Shown here: positions 37,529-47,247 of the stretch, in pieces
Layout of the letters: each line of letters starts with the position of its first letter
How positions within the stretch are numbered: the first letter of the stretch is position 1
Source of the DNA: an uncultured Gammaproteobacteria bacterium
Lineage (GTDB): Bacteria > Pseudomonadota > Gammaproteobacteria > JAKDMP01
NCBI GenBank assembly: GCA_963843735.1
Contig: CAWJLN010000008.1
Span: 60,877-124,876, forward strand
Reading direction: 5' to 3'
DNA length: 64,000 nucleotides
Notes under the pieces: model-generated
Told to the model about the DNA's origin: nothing
Database searches by the model: none
Seen by the model: only the letters and a program-made list of their open reading frames with translations
Made by a program: the position numbers and the translations under genes

Positions 37529-38917
37529 TTACAGGATTTCGGTGGCGTGATCGGCGAGGCGCGAGCGCTCGACTCTTCGCAGCGTGACGTGTCCGGAATG
37601 CTGCCAGTCCTTGAAACGATCCACGACGTAGGTCAGCCCCGATGTGGTTTCGGTGAGGTAGGGCGTATCAATCTGCGCGATGTTGCCGAGGGCGATTATC
37701 TTGGTGCCGGGGCCGGCGCGGGTGATAAGCGCCTTGATCTGTTTGGCGGTGAGGTTCTGCGCCTCGTCAATGATGATGTAGCGGTTGAGGAAGGTGCGTC
37801 CGCGCATGAAGTTGAGCGAACGAATCTTGATGCGGCTCGCAAGCAGATCCTGCGTCGCGCCGCGACCCCAGACGCCGCCTTCGTCCGAGGTGGTGAGCAC
37901 TTCGAGATTGTCCATGAGTGCGCCCATCCACGGCGTCATCTTTTCTTCCTCGGTGCCGGGCAGAAAGCCGATGTCTTCGCCGAGCGGGACGGTGACGCGC
38001 GTCATCACGATCTCGCGATAGCGCTTGTCGTCGAGCGTCTGCGCGAGGCCCGCGGCGAGCGCGAGCAGCGTCTTGCCGGTACCCGCCTGACCGAGCAGGG
38101 TGACGAAGTCGAGGTCGGGATCCATGAGCAGATTGAGGGCGTAGCTTTGTTCGCGGTTGCGCGCGGCGATGCCCCACACGGCGTGACGCTCGCGCTGGTA
38201 GTCCTGCACGATTTCGGCGGTAATTGTCTCCGCTCCCGCCTCGCGCACGAGGAGTTCCAGCCCGTCCTCTTCGCTGTACAAAAACTGGTTGGGCCAGACG
38301 GCGAGCGGTGGGCGCGCAAAACGATAGAGCGTGCGCATGTTGTCGTGCCAGGATTGGAGATGTGCCGCCTCGCTTGCGAGAAAGCCTGCGGGCAGCGGCT
38401 CCGCGCCGCGATAAAGCAGATCGGTGTCGTCAAGCACGCGGTCGTTGTAGTAGTCCTCGACCTTCAGGCCGAGCACTGCGGCCTTGATGCGCAGGTTAAT
38501 GTCCTTGGAGACCAGCGTGACCCGTCCGGGATGCAGCTCTTCAAGCGCGAGGGTTGCGGCAAGCAAGGCGTTGTCGGCGGTGTCGGCGGCGAGCGTGCCG
38601 TCGTGCTGCGGCTTGAGCACTTCGGTTTGCAGGAAAAGGCGTCCGCTCGCCTGTGCGCCGTTTTCGATGGCGAGTTCGCCGAGTGCAACGCCGGCCTCGA
38701 TCTCGGCGCGGCCGCGTTCGTGCACGAGTGCATCGAGAAGCCGGCTCGCCTGGCGGACGTTGCGCGCCGCTTCCGTCAGCCCTTTCTTGTTGGCGTCCAG
38801 CTCTTCGAGCACGATCATGGGGATGAAGACGTCGTGCTCGGCGAAGCCGAACAGGGCCGCCGGGTCGTGCATCAGCACGTTGGTGTCGAGCACGAGCAGG
38901 CGCGTCCTTTCCTTCAC
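37529..38917 (-). CDS. PhoH family protein (PIN + PhoH ATPase)
   Basis: VLDTNVLMHDP PIN domain, GQAGTGKT, IGFLPG, RGRT, DEAQN; start set at GTG 38917. Confidence 0.92.
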   Translation of the reverse strand: MKERTRLLVLDTNVLMHDPAALFGFAEHDVFIPMIVLEELDANKKGLTEAARNVRQASRLLDALVHERGRAEIEAGVALGELAIENGAQASGRLFLQTEVLKPQHDGTLAADTADNALLAATLALEELHPGRVTLVSKDINLRIKAAVLGLKVEDYYNDRVLDDTDLLYRGAEPLPAGFLASEAAHLQSWHDNMRTLYRFARPPLAVWPNQFLYSEEDGLELLVREAGAETITAEIVQDYQRERHAVWGIAARNREQSYALNLLMDPDLDFVTLLGQAGTGKTLLALAAGLAQTLDDKRYREIVMTRVTVPLGEDIGFLPGTEEEKMTPWMGALMDNLEVLTTSDEGGVWGRGATQDLLASRIKIRSLNFMRGRTFLNRYIIIDEAQNLTAKQIKALITRAGPGTKIIALGNIAQIDTPYLTETTSGLTYVVDRFKDWQHSGHVTLRRVERSRLADHATEIL

Positions 38918-39027
38918 CCTCTCCCCTTGCGGGAGAGGGTTGGGGTGAGGGGTCTTGTCGCCGCGCGGCGGTGCGTGGGCGCCTTTCACCCTCACCCCCG
39001 CCCTCTCCCGTCAAGGGAGAGGGGGTA
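38915..39027. repeat. Family B inverted doublet
   Basis: ccctctccccttgcgggagagggttggggtgagggg ... ccctcacccccgccctctcccgtcaagggagaggg. Confidence 0.9.
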
Positions 39028-39059
39028 AGAATGCTGCTCTTTCCGGAAGGCGTTTGGTT

Positions 39060-39527
39060 TCAATCGAGTTTGCGCGCCGCTTCCAGCACTTCGGCGGCGT
39101 GACCCTCGGGTTTGACCTTGCGCCATTCGCGTTGCAACACCGCGTTCGAATCGAAGAGAAAGGTGCTGCGTTCGATGCCGCGCACCTTCTTGCCGTACAT
39201 GTTCTTGTCGCGCATCACGCCGAACATCGCGCACAGCGTTTCGTCGGGATCGGAGATAAGTTCGAACGGGAACCCGTATTTTCCCTTGAAACGTTCGTGC
39301 GAGTGCAGCGTATCGCGCGATACGCCGTAAACGACGATGCCGGCGCGCTTGAAGCGCGCGTGCAGTTCGCCGAACTCGCGTCCCTCGACAGTGCAGCCGG
39401 GCGTGTCGTCCCTGGGGTAGAAATAGATCACGGTTTTCTTTCCGGCAAGATCCGCGTCGCTCAAATCGCCCGCCGTGGTTTCCAGCGAGAACTTTGGAAT
39501 CTTCTTGCCGATTTCAGCCTTGGCCAT
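39060..39527 (-). CDS. bcp: Peroxiredoxin Bcp
   Basis: YFYPRDDTPGCT, GIERSTF; downstream of gcvR. Confidence 0.93.
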   Translation of the reverse strand: MAKAEIGKKIPKFSLETTAGDLSDADLAGKKTVIYFYPRDDTPGCTVEGREFGELHARFKRAGIVVYGVSRDTLHSHERFKGKYGFPFELISDPDETLCAMFGVMRDKNMYGKKVRGIERSTFLFDSNAVLQREWRKVKPEGHAAEVLEAARKLD

Positions 39528-39543
39528 GATATGAGTCTCCGTT

Positions 39544-40086
39544 TCAGCCTTTGATGGGTTCAAGAATGGCATCGAGATTCATGCCGTCGCAAAAGTCCAT
39601 GAACTCTTCGCGAATGCCGGCGATGTGCATGTCGTGCGGCAAGCCGACGTTGAGCTGCACCATGAACATGAGTGCGCCGGTGTGCGTCGCGGGATAGCTG
39701 CGCGCCGTGAGCTCCATGATGACGATGTCGCGGGTGGTGAAGAACTCGATCAGTGCCGAGAGTATGCCCGGCTTGTCGGCGCTGGTGAGATCCACCGCGT
39801 AGGGGATGCGGTCGCCGGCCGCCTCGGCGGGCTGCACGCGCACAGCGAGTATTTCGGCGCGCAGCTTGCTGGCAAGACGCGGGACGGCGCGCTCCAGGCG
39901 CACGATCGCGTCCCAACTGCCATCGGCGAGCAGCACGATCGCGGTGCGGTCGCCGACCGGAATTTCGCGCGCCTCGACCAGGTTGCAGCCGGCATTGCTG
40001 GCATGCTCGGCGAGGCGCCGGAGCACCTGCTCGCCGCCCTGCGCGAGCGCCGTGATCGCCAGCTGCTGGTTCATTGTCGTGGCCAA
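39544..40086 (-). CDS. gcvR: Glycine cleavage repressor GcvR-like ACT protein
   Basis: Two ACT domains (DKPGI, REEFMDFCDGMNLDAILEP); gcvR-bcp synteny. Confidence 0.85.
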   Translation of the reverse strand: MATTMNQQLAITALAQGGEQVLRRLAEHASNAGCNLVEAREIPVGDRTAIVLLADGSWDAIVRLERAVPRLASKLRAEILAVRVQPAEAAGDRIPYAVDLTSADKPGILSALIEFFTTRDIVIMELTARSYPATHTGALMFMVQLNVGLPHDMHIAGIREEFMDFCDGMNLDAILEPIKG

Positions 40087-40136
40087 AATCCTCTCCTTCT
40101 AATGCTTTCGCGCGTTCGATTCATCTTACACCGCCG

Positions 40137-40263
40137 ATCCCCCTCCAACTCCCCCTTCCCGCCTTGCGGCGGCAAAGGGGAGAGAGGAAAGAGGAAGCCC
40201 GAGACAAAGCGTCTCTCCCCTTTGCGTGCGTCAGCGCGGAAGGGGGAGCAGGAGGGGGATTCT
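40137..40263. repeat. Family C inverted doublet
   Basis: atccccctccaactcccccttcccgccttgcggcggcaaagggg ... cccctttgcg..ggaagggggagcaggagggggatt. Confidence 0.85.
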
Positions 40264-40290
40264 TCCTCCGAGTGCCGTCATTCACTGATG

Positions 40291-41958
40291 TCAGACGGTG
40301 AGCGGACGATACTTGATGCGGTGCGGCTGGTCGGCGGCTTCGCCCAGGCGCCGGTGCCGGTCGGCTTCGTAGTCGGTGTAGTTGCCCTCGAACCATTCGA
40401 CGCGGCTCTCGCTCTCGAAGGCGAGGATGTGGGTCGCGATGCGATCGAGGAACCAGCGGTCGTGCGAGGTGACGAGCACGCAACCGGGAAAGGCGAGCAG
40501 CGCCTCTTCCAGCGCGCGCAGGGTTTCGATGTCGAGATCGTTCGAGGGCTCGTCGAGGAGCAGCAGGTTGCCGCCGCTCTTCAGGAGCCGGGCGAGATGC
40601 AGGCGCCCGCGCTCGCCGCCGGAGAGGTCGCCCGCGCGCTGCTGCTGGTCCGCGCCCTTGAAGTTGAAGCGCCCGACGTAGGCGCGCGAGGGCGTTTCGT
40701 AATTGCCGATCTTCAGAATGTCCTGCCCCCCGGAGATGATCTGCCACACGGTCTTGTCCGCGGGGAGCGCATCGCGGAGCTGATCCACATAGGCAAGCTG
40801 GACCGTCTCGCCGAGGCGCAGCGTGCCGCGGTCGGCCTTTTCCTGCCCGGAAATCAGGCGGAAGAGCGTAGTCTTGCCCGCGCCGTTCGGACCGATGACG
40901 CCGACGATCGCTCCGGGCGGCACCTGGAAGGAGAGATCGTCGAACAGGAGCTGGTCGCCGTAGGCCTTGGCGAGCCCTTTGGCCTCGACGACCAGATCTC
41001 CCAGACGCGGCCCCGGCGGGATGTAGATTTCCTGCGTTTCGTTGCGCTGCTGGAATTCCTTGGAGGCGAGTTGTTCGTACTGCTTGATGCGGGCGCGGCT
41101 CTTGGCGTGGCGCCCGGCCTGGTTCTGGCGCACCCATTCGAGCTCGGATTGCACCGCTTTCTTGTGCGCAGCCTCGGTCTTGGCTTCCGCGGCGAGCCGC
41201 TGCTCCTTCTGGCTCAGCCACGAGGAATAGTTGCCTTCCCAGGGAATGCCGCGGCCGCGGTCGAGTTCGAGGATCCAGCCGGCGACGTTGTCGAGGAAGT
41301 AGCGGTCATGGGTGACGGCGACGACCGTGCCCTTGAACTCGCCGAGATAGCGCTCGAGCCAGGCGACGGATTCGGCGTCCAGATGGTTGGTGGGTTCGTC
41401 CAGCAGCAGCATGTCCGGGGCGGAAAGCAGCAATTGACAGAGCGCCACCCGGCGGCGCTCGCCGCCCGAGAGCTTGCCGACGTCCGCCTCCCAGGGCGGC
41501 AGGCGCAGCGCCTCGGCGGCGACTTCCAGCTTGTGTTCCAGGTTGTGCGCATCGCTCGCCTGGATCAGGTTTTCGAGCTTGGCCTGCTCGGTTGCGAGCG
41601 CGTCGAAGTCGGCATCGGGTTCGGCGTAGGCGGCATAGACTTCCTCCAGGCGCGCCTGTGTCGCGGCGATTTCGCCAAGCCCCGCCTCGACATTGCCGCG
41701 CACGTCCTTCGCGGGATCGAGTTGCGGCTCCTGCGGCAGGTAGCCGATCCTGATGCCGGGCTGCGGACGCGCCTCGCCCTCGATCTCGGTGTCCACGCCC
41801 GCCATGATGCGCAGCAGGGTGGATTTCCCCGCGCCGTTGAGGCCCAGCACGCCGATCTTGGCGCCCGGGAAGAAGGAGAGCGAAATGTCCTTGAGAATGT
41901 GCCTGCCGGGCGGAACGACCTTGCCGACCCGGTTCATGGTGTAAACGTATTGCGCCAT
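40291..41958 (-). CDS. ettA: ABC-F translational throttle EttA
   Basis: MAQYVYTM, FFPGAKIGVLGLNGAGKS, two ABC domains, QPHRIKY end; 555 aa. Confidence 0.96.
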   Translation of the reverse strand: MAQYVYTMNRVGKVVPPGRHILKDISLSFFPGAKIGVLGLNGAGKSTLLRIMAGVDTEIEGEARPQPGIRIGYLPQEPQLDPAKDVRGNVEAGLGEIAATQARLEEVYAAYAEPDADFDALATEQAKLENLIQASDAHNLEHKLEVAAEALRLPPWEADVGKLSGGERRRVALCQLLLSAPDMLLLDEPTNHLDAESVAWLERYLGEFKGTVVAVTHDRYFLDNVAGWILELDRGRGIPWEGNYSSWLSQKEQRLAAEAKTEAAHKKAVQSELEWVRQNQAGRHAKSRARIKQYEQLASKEFQQRNETQEIYIPPGPRLGDLVVEAKGLAKAYGDQLLFDDLSFQVPPGAIVGVIGPNGAGKTTLFRLISGQEKADRGTLRLGETVQLAYVDQLRDALPADKTVWQIISGGQDILKIGNYETPSRAYVGRFNFKGADQQQRAGDLSGGERGRLHLARLLKSGGNLLLLDEPSNDLDIETLRALEEALLAFPGCVLVTSHDRWFLDRIATHILAFESESRVEWFEGNYTDYEADRHRRLGEAADQPHRIKYRPLTV

Positions 41959-42052
41959 TGCGTGGGGTTGTGCGAAACCTAATCCGTCATTATAAGGAGC
42001 AGCGCAAGCGCGGGCAGGCTACAATTTGCACAGAGCAAGAGGAGTTTTGCCC

Positions 42053-43315
42053 GTGTTTGCAGCCGATATGACGATTGAGGGTTTCGACGACGAGTTGGCC
42101 CGGGCGATTGCCGCCGAGCGCCGGCGCCAGGAAGATCACTTGGAGCTGATTGCCTCGGAGAACTACGTGAGTCCGCGGGTGCTCGCCGCCCAGGGCTCGG
42201 TGCTCACCAACAAGTACGCCGAGGGCTATCCCGGCAAGCGCTACTACGGCGGCTGCGAATTCGTGGATGTGGCCGAGAGGCTCGCCATCGAACGCCTGAA
42301 GCAATTGTTCGATTGCGATTACGCCAACGTGCAGTTGCATTCGGGCTCGCAGGCCAATCAGGCGGTGTACTTCGCGCTGCTCAAACCCGGCGACACCATT
42401 CTCGGCATGAGTCTTGCGCACGGCGGCCATCTGACCCACGGGGCGAAACCCAACTTTTCCGGAAAAATATTCAACGCCGTGCAGTACGGCGTCAACGACG
42501 ACGGCCTGATTGACTACGACGAAGTCGAACGTCTGGCGCTGGAACACAAGCCGAAGATGGTCGTGGCCGGGTTCAGCGCCTACTCGCAGGTGGTTGACTG
42601 GGCACGCTTCCGCGCCATCGCCGACAAGGTCGGCGCGTATCTGTTCGTGGACATGGCGCACGTGGCGGGTCTTATCGCGGCCGGCGTCTATCCGAGCCCC
42701 TTGCCGCACGCGCATGTGGTGACTTCCACCACGCACAAGACGCTGCGCGGTCCGCGCGGTGGCCTGATCGTCGCGCAAGGTGCGGGCGAGGAGATCGAAA
42801 AGAAACTGCAATCCATCACCTTCCCCGGCATTCAGGGCGGGCCGCTGATGCATGTGATCGCGGCCAAGGCGGTGGCCTTCAAGGAGGCGCTGGAACCGGA
42901 CTTCACCGCTTATCAGAAGCAGGTGGTGAAGAACGCCAAGGCACTGGCGCAGACCCTCATCGAACGCGGCTACAAGGTCGTCTCCGGCGGCACCGAAAAC
43001 CATCTGCTCCTGGTGGACATGATCGAACGCGACATCACCGGCAAGGATGCGGAGGCGGCGCTCGGCGCGGCCAACATCACGCTCAACAAGAATGCGGTGC
43101 CGAACGATCCGCGCTCGCCCTTCGTCACCAGCGGTCTTCGCATCGGTACGCCGGCGGCGACCACGCGCGGGCTGGGCGAGGTCGAAATCCGCCAAATCGG
43201 CGGATGGATTTCCGACATCCTCGACGATCTCGATAACGAGCAACGCATCAAGGCCGTGCAGGCCGAGGTACTTGCCATGATGCGGCGGTTCCCGGTGTAC
43301 GGAACACCGGTTTAA
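42053..43315 (+). CDS. glyA: Serine hydroxymethyltransferase
   Basis: [33 protein letters not shown]; GTG start after GAGGAG. Confidence 0.97.
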   Translation: MFAADMTIEGFDDELARAIAAERRRQEDHLELIASENYVSPRVLAAQGSVLTNKYAEGYPGKRYYGGCEFVDVAERLAIERLKQLFDCDYANVQLHSGSQANQAVYFALLKPGDTILGMSLAHGGHLTHGAKPNFSGKIFNAVQYGVNDDGLIDYDEVERLALEHKPKMVVAGFSAYSQVVDWARFRAIADKVGAYLFVDMAHVAGLIAAGVYPSPLPHAHVVTSTTHKTLRGPRGGLIVAQGAGEEIEKKLQSITFPGIQGGPLMHVIAAKAVAFKEALEPDFTAYQKQVVKNAKALAQTLIERGYKVVSGGTENHLLLVDMIERDITGKDAEAALGAANITLNKNAVPNDPRSPFVTSGLRIGTPAATTRGLGEVEIRQIGGWISDILDDLDNEQRIKAVQAEVLAMMRRFPVYGTPV

Positions 43316-43322
43316 GGGCAAG

Positions 43323-43850
43323 ATGCACTGCCCGTTCTGCGGCCACGAAGACACGCGCGTCGCCGACTCGCGGCTCGCCGCGGGCGGGCGTCAGATCCGC
43401 CGCCGCCGCGTGTGTCTTTCCTGCGAGGCGCGGTTCACCACCCAGGAGGTGCCCGAATTCGCGCTGCCGCGGGTGGTCAAGCGCGACGGCAGCCGCGTGC
43501 CCTTCGACGAAGAGAAACTGCACTTCGGCATCCTCAAGGCCTTGGAGAAACGCCCGGTTTCCACCGAAACCGTGGACGCCATGGTCGGCCGCCTGGTCGA
43601 GCAGTTGCGCTTGTCCGAAGCGCGCGAGGTGGCCTCGGCCGCCATCGGCGAAATGGTGATGGCGGCGCTTTTCGATCTCGATCAGGTTGCCTACGTGCGT
43701 TTCGCCTCGGTGTACCGGAGCTTCCAGGACGTGGAAGCCTTCCGCCGCGAGATCGATCAACTGGAACACAAACGCAAACGCCCGGGTCGGCACAAGAGCG
43801 CGGACGACGGCCAGTTGCCGTTGCTCGGCGACAGGCCGCGTTCCAGGTGA
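43323..43850 (+). CDS. nrdR: Transcriptional repressor NrdR
   Basis: MHCPFC, RRRRVC..C, ATP cone, [10 protein letters not shown]. Confidence 0.96.
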   Translation: MHCPFCGHEDTRVADSRLAAGGRQIRRRRVCLSCEARFTTQEVPEFALPRVVKRDGSRVPFDEEKLHFGILKALEKRPVSTETVDAMVGRLVEQLRLSEAREVASAAIGEMVMAALFDLDQVAYVRFASVYRSFQDVEAFRREIDQLEHKRKRPGRHKSADDGQLPLLGDRPRSR

Positions 43851-44944
43851 GTGAGGACGAAGATCGGCGCATGATGCGCCGCGCACTGCGTCTTGCCGTG
43901 CGCGGGCTGCGTACCTCGGCGCCGAATCCAGCCGTCGGCTGCGTGATCGCAAAGGATGGGCGCATCGTCGGCGAGGGCTTTCACGCGCGCGCCGGCGAGG
44001 CGCATGCCGAAGTCGCCGCGCTTGCGGCAGCGGGTGAGGCGGCACGCGGCGCGACGGTCTATGTCACGCTTGAACCCTGCGCGCATCATGGGCGCACGCC
44101 GCCCTGCGCACCGGCGCTGATCGCCGCCGGCGTAAGCCGCGTCGTTGTCGCAACGCAAGATCCGAATCCACGTGTCGCGGGCGCAGGTTTGGACACCTTG
44201 CGCGAGGCCGGCATCGAAGTCGAAGTCGGCGTATGCGAAGAATCCGCGCGGCGGATCAACCGCGGCTTTTTCAGCCGTTTCGAACGCAATCGCCCCTGGC
44301 TCACACTCAAGCTCGCGACGAGTCTCGACGGCAAGAGTGCGCTTGCCGACGGCACCAGCCAATGGATCACCGGCTCGGTTGCGCGCGCCGCCGTGCATCG
44401 CAGCCGCGCGCGCGCCGGCGCGATCCTTACCGGTGTCGGCACCGTGCTTGCCGACGATCCCGCGCTCAACGTGCGCCTGCCCGGCGTAAAGCGTCAACCC
44501 TTGCGCGCGGTACTCGATTCGCGGTTGCGCACGCCGCCCGGCGCGAATCTTTTCGCAAGCGGCGACGCGGTGCATCTCTTCTGCGTGGACGCCGATCCCG
44601 AACGCCGACGTGCACTGGAAGCCGCGGGTGCGACGATTCATTGCACAGGCGCCGATGCGGATGGACGCCTGGAGCCGGGCGCCGTGTTGCGTACGTTGGC
44701 CGAACTCGAAGTGAACGAGATCTATGCCGAATGCGGCCCGCGGCTCGCCGGAACGCTTATCGCGGGCGGTTGGGTGGACGAACTGGAACTCTTTCTCGGC
44801 CCGCATTTTCTGGGTGCCGGCGCAAAGCCGTTCGCCATGCTCGACGATCTTGCCGTCATTCCCGATCCGCCCGAGTGGCGCACGGTCTGGGCGCGCCGCG
44901 TGGGTCGCGACACGCGCATCCGCCTGCGGCCGGTTTCGTCTTAG
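43847..44944 (+). CDS. ribD: Riboflavin biosynthesis deaminase/reductase RibD
   Basis: [27 protein letters not shown]; GTG start overlaps nrdR stop. Confidence 0.96.
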   Translation: MSEDEDRRMMRRALRLAVRGLRTSAPNPAVGCVIAKDGRIVGEGFHARAGEAHAEVAALAAAGEAARGATVYVTLEPCAHHGRTPPCAPALIAAGVSRVVVATQDPNPRVAGAGLDTLREAGIEVEVGVCEESARRINRGFFSRFERNRPWLTLKLATSLDGKSALADGTSQWITGSVARAAVHRSRARAGAILTGVGTVLADDPALNVRLPGVKRQPLRAVLDSRLRTPPGANLFASGDAVHLFCVDADPERRRALEAAGATIHCTGADADGRLEPGAVLRTLAELEVNEIYAECGPRLAGTLIAGGWVDELELFLGPHFLGAGAKPFAMLDDLAVIPDPPEWRTVWARRVGRDTRIRLRPVSS

Positions 44945-45073
44945 GGAAGCTCTGATCAATTCGCCGTTCGCCCTGAGCCTGTCGAAGGGCGAACTACAAC
45001 GCCTTGATGGAGCAGAGAAAATTCCGTTCATACTTCGACATGCTCAGCACGAACGAAATTTTTCAGAGTTTCC
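44945..45073. mobile_element. 129-bp MITE with TTAG target duplication (IS5-family-like ends) carrying an internal palindromic doublet
   Basis: TTAG|GGAAGCTCTGA...TCAGAGTTTCC|TTAG (TIR 10/11); internal ccgttcgccctgagcctgtcgaaggg / cttcgacatgctcagcacgaacg. Confidence 0.8.
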
Positions 45074-45463
45074 TTAGAAGTCGCTCCAGGCGAGGCCGTC
45101 CACTTCGTCGAAGTGTTTGTCGCGGGACAGCAATTCGGCGCCGCTTTCCATGGCGTGGGCCGCAATCCAGACATCGTTGGTCGGAATAGGGCGACCCTTT
45201 TTCCGCAATCCGCTCATGATTCGCGCAAAGCGATCCGCGGTTACCAGGCTTACCGGCACAAACTCGACGAACGGTTGCGCCAGGAACTCATCGAACTGCC
45301 GCCGGTTGGCGTCATGGCGTGTGCCCGAACGAAAGCCGTGCAACAGCTCGCCGGCGACAATGGCGGACAACAGGATTTTCTCCGCTCGACGGACGCGATC
45401 CGCCAATGCGGATTCGCCGCGAGCCAGAGCGGAATAGGCGTTGGTATCCAGCAACAGATTCAT
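45074..45463 (-). CDS. vapC: VapC PIN toxin
   Basis: LLDTNAYS, GEL, IPTNDVWIAAHA, SRDKHF. Confidence 0.9.
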   Translation of the reverse strand: MNLLLDTNAYSALARGESALADRVRRAEKILLSAIVAGELLHGFRSGTRHDANRRQFDEFLAQPFVEFVPVSLVTADRFARIMSGLRKKGRPIPTNDVWIAAHAMESGAELLSRDKHFDEVDGLAWSDF

Positions 45464-45723
45464 TGCCATTGCTCGGCGTCAATGGTCTCGAATACGGAAA
45501 TTTCACGCTCGAACTCATCCGTCTGCGCCTTGTCCCAGGAACCGATAAAGCCGTCGAGGCGGTCGCCGATCGCATTGATCCGGGAAGCGTCTTCATGCAG
45601 GCCGGCGCCGCGACGCATAAGTTTGAGCGCCGCCTTGTTGAGCGAGATGTTCTCACGGTGGGCGAGTTGACGGATTCGATGCGCCAGGTGTTTGTCGAAG
45701 CCGCGTACAGTTAGCTGGGTCAT
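45460..45723 (-). CDS. Antitoxin (FitA/RHH-like)
   Basis: MTQLTVRGFD..ISLN; acidic C-terminus; ATGA overlap with vapC. Confidence 0.8.
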   Translation of the reverse strand: MTQLTVRGFDKHLAHRIRQLAHRENISLNKAALKLMRRGAGLHEDASRINAIGDRLDGFIGSWDKAQTDEFEREISVFETIDAEQWQ

Positions 45724-45837
45724 GTGAGTCACAAACAAAGTCATTTCGGGTCATTATACGACTCTTCGATGGCGGTGTGGCCGGATGCCCGCATCCTTAC
45801 AATGGGCGGCGGCGAAAGGACGGGGAAGGAATCGCAG

Positions 45838-46449
45838 ATGTTTACCGGGATCGTGCAGGGCGTCGGCCGGCTCGCCGGACGCGAAGAAGGAAACGGCGAC
45901 GCCCGTTTGAAGATCGAGGCCGCCGTGCTCCCGGCCACCGCGCTCGCGCCGGGCGCGAGCGTTGCCGTCAACGGCTGCTGCCTGACCGTGGCGCAGCCGT
46001 GGGAGAAGGGCTTCTACGCGGACGCTTCGGCGGAAACGCTCGCGAAGACTACGCTCGGCGAACTCGCCGTCGGCGCACAAGTCAATCTCGAACCCGCGCT
46101 CGTGCTCGGCGGCGCGCTAGGCGGACACCTGATGAGCGGACACGTGGACGGCGTCGGTGAAGTGATCGCGTGCCGCGAGGACGGCCGTGCACGGCGTCTG
46201 CGGTTTCGCGCGCCCGATGTGCTCGCACGCTACATTGCGCCCAAGGGTTCGATTGCGGTGGACGGCGTGAGCCTCACTGTCAATGCAGTCGACGGCGCCG
46301 AGTTTGAAGTGGCGATTATTCCGGCCACGATGGAACGCACCGTCATGAGCGACTACGACGTCGGCACGCGCGTCAATCTCGAAGCGGACATGATCGCCCG
46401 CTACCTCGATCGTCTGCTCGCGGCGCGCAACAATCCCATTTCTTCCTGA
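45838..46449 (+). CDS. ribE: Riboflavin synthase alpha chain
   Basis: MFTGIV, NGCCLTV, GGHLMSGHVDG, VNLEAD (called ribC in E. coli nomenclature). Confidence 0.96.
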   Translation: MFTGIVQGVGRLAGREEGNGDARLKIEAAVLPATALAPGASVAVNGCCLTVAQPWEKGFYADASAETLAKTTLGELAVGAQVNLEPALVLGGALGGHLMSGHVDGVGEVIACREDGRARRLRFRAPDVLARYIAPKGSIAVDGVSLTVNAVDGAEFEVAIIPATMERTVMSDYDVGTRVNLEADMIARYLDRLLAARNNPISS

Positions 46450-46459
46450 GGCAGGCAAC

Positions 46460-47137
46460 ATGACCCAGGCATTGCTCATCATCGGCAACCGCAACTACTC
46501 TTCGTGGTCGCTACGCGGCTGGCTCGCACTCGCGAAGAGCGGCGCCGAATTCGAAGTTCGGCGGCTTGCGCTCGGGACGCCGGCGTTCCGCAGCGAGATC
46601 GGGCGCTATTCGCCGAGCGGACGGGTTCCCGTGCTGCATCATGCCGGGCGCATTATCTGGGATTCGCTTGCCATCGGAGAGTACGCGAATGAAACTTTCG
46701 CCGACGGCGGACTGTGGCCGGCCGATGCCGCGGCCCGCGCCCATGCGCGCTCGGCAGGCGCCGAGATGCATTCGGGTTTCGCCGCGCTGCGCGCCGAACT
46801 CCCGATGAATTGCCGCGCACGTGATCGCGCCGTCGTTGCCAGTCCGGCGCTTGAGCGCGATGTTGATCGCATCCGGGCGCTGTGGCGCGAATGCCGCGAC
46901 CGCTTCGGCGCAGGCGGACCCTGGCTCTACGGGCGCTGGTCCATCGCCGATGCGATGTACGCACCGGTCGCGAGCCGCTTTCTTACCTACGGCATCGCGC
47001 TCGATGGCCTCGAAGCCGGCTATGCCGCAACGGTGCTCGCCGACGCCGATCTCGCGGCCTGGATGTCGGCCGCAGCCGCGGAGCCGGAGGTTCTCGATGA
47101 AGAGGAGCGTGGGCGTCCACCCGAAGTGCACGGCTAG
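46460..47137 (+). CDS. Glutathione S-transferase family protein
   Basis: IGNRNYSSWSLRGWL, GRVPVL, DSLAI, EMHSGF, ADAMYAP. Confidence 0.92.
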   Translation: MTQALLIIGNRNYSSWSLRGWLALAKSGAEFEVRRLALGTPAFRSEIGRYSPSGRVPVLHHAGRIIWDSLAIGEYANETFADGGLWPADAAARAHARSAGAEMHSGFAALRAELPMNCRARDRAVVASPALERDVDRIRALWRECRDRFGAGGPWLYGRWSIADAMYAPVASRFLTYGIALDGLEAGYAATVLADADLAAWMSAAAAEPEVLDEEERGRPPEVHG

Positions 47138-47247
47138 ACGAGTCGAATCCCGGCCGAGGCCGCCGAATCCCGTACCGTCAATCAGAGCTTTATCCGGTGC
47201 AAGACTACAGGCTAAGATAGCGCGCAGTCTTTCGAACTCACCCAAAA

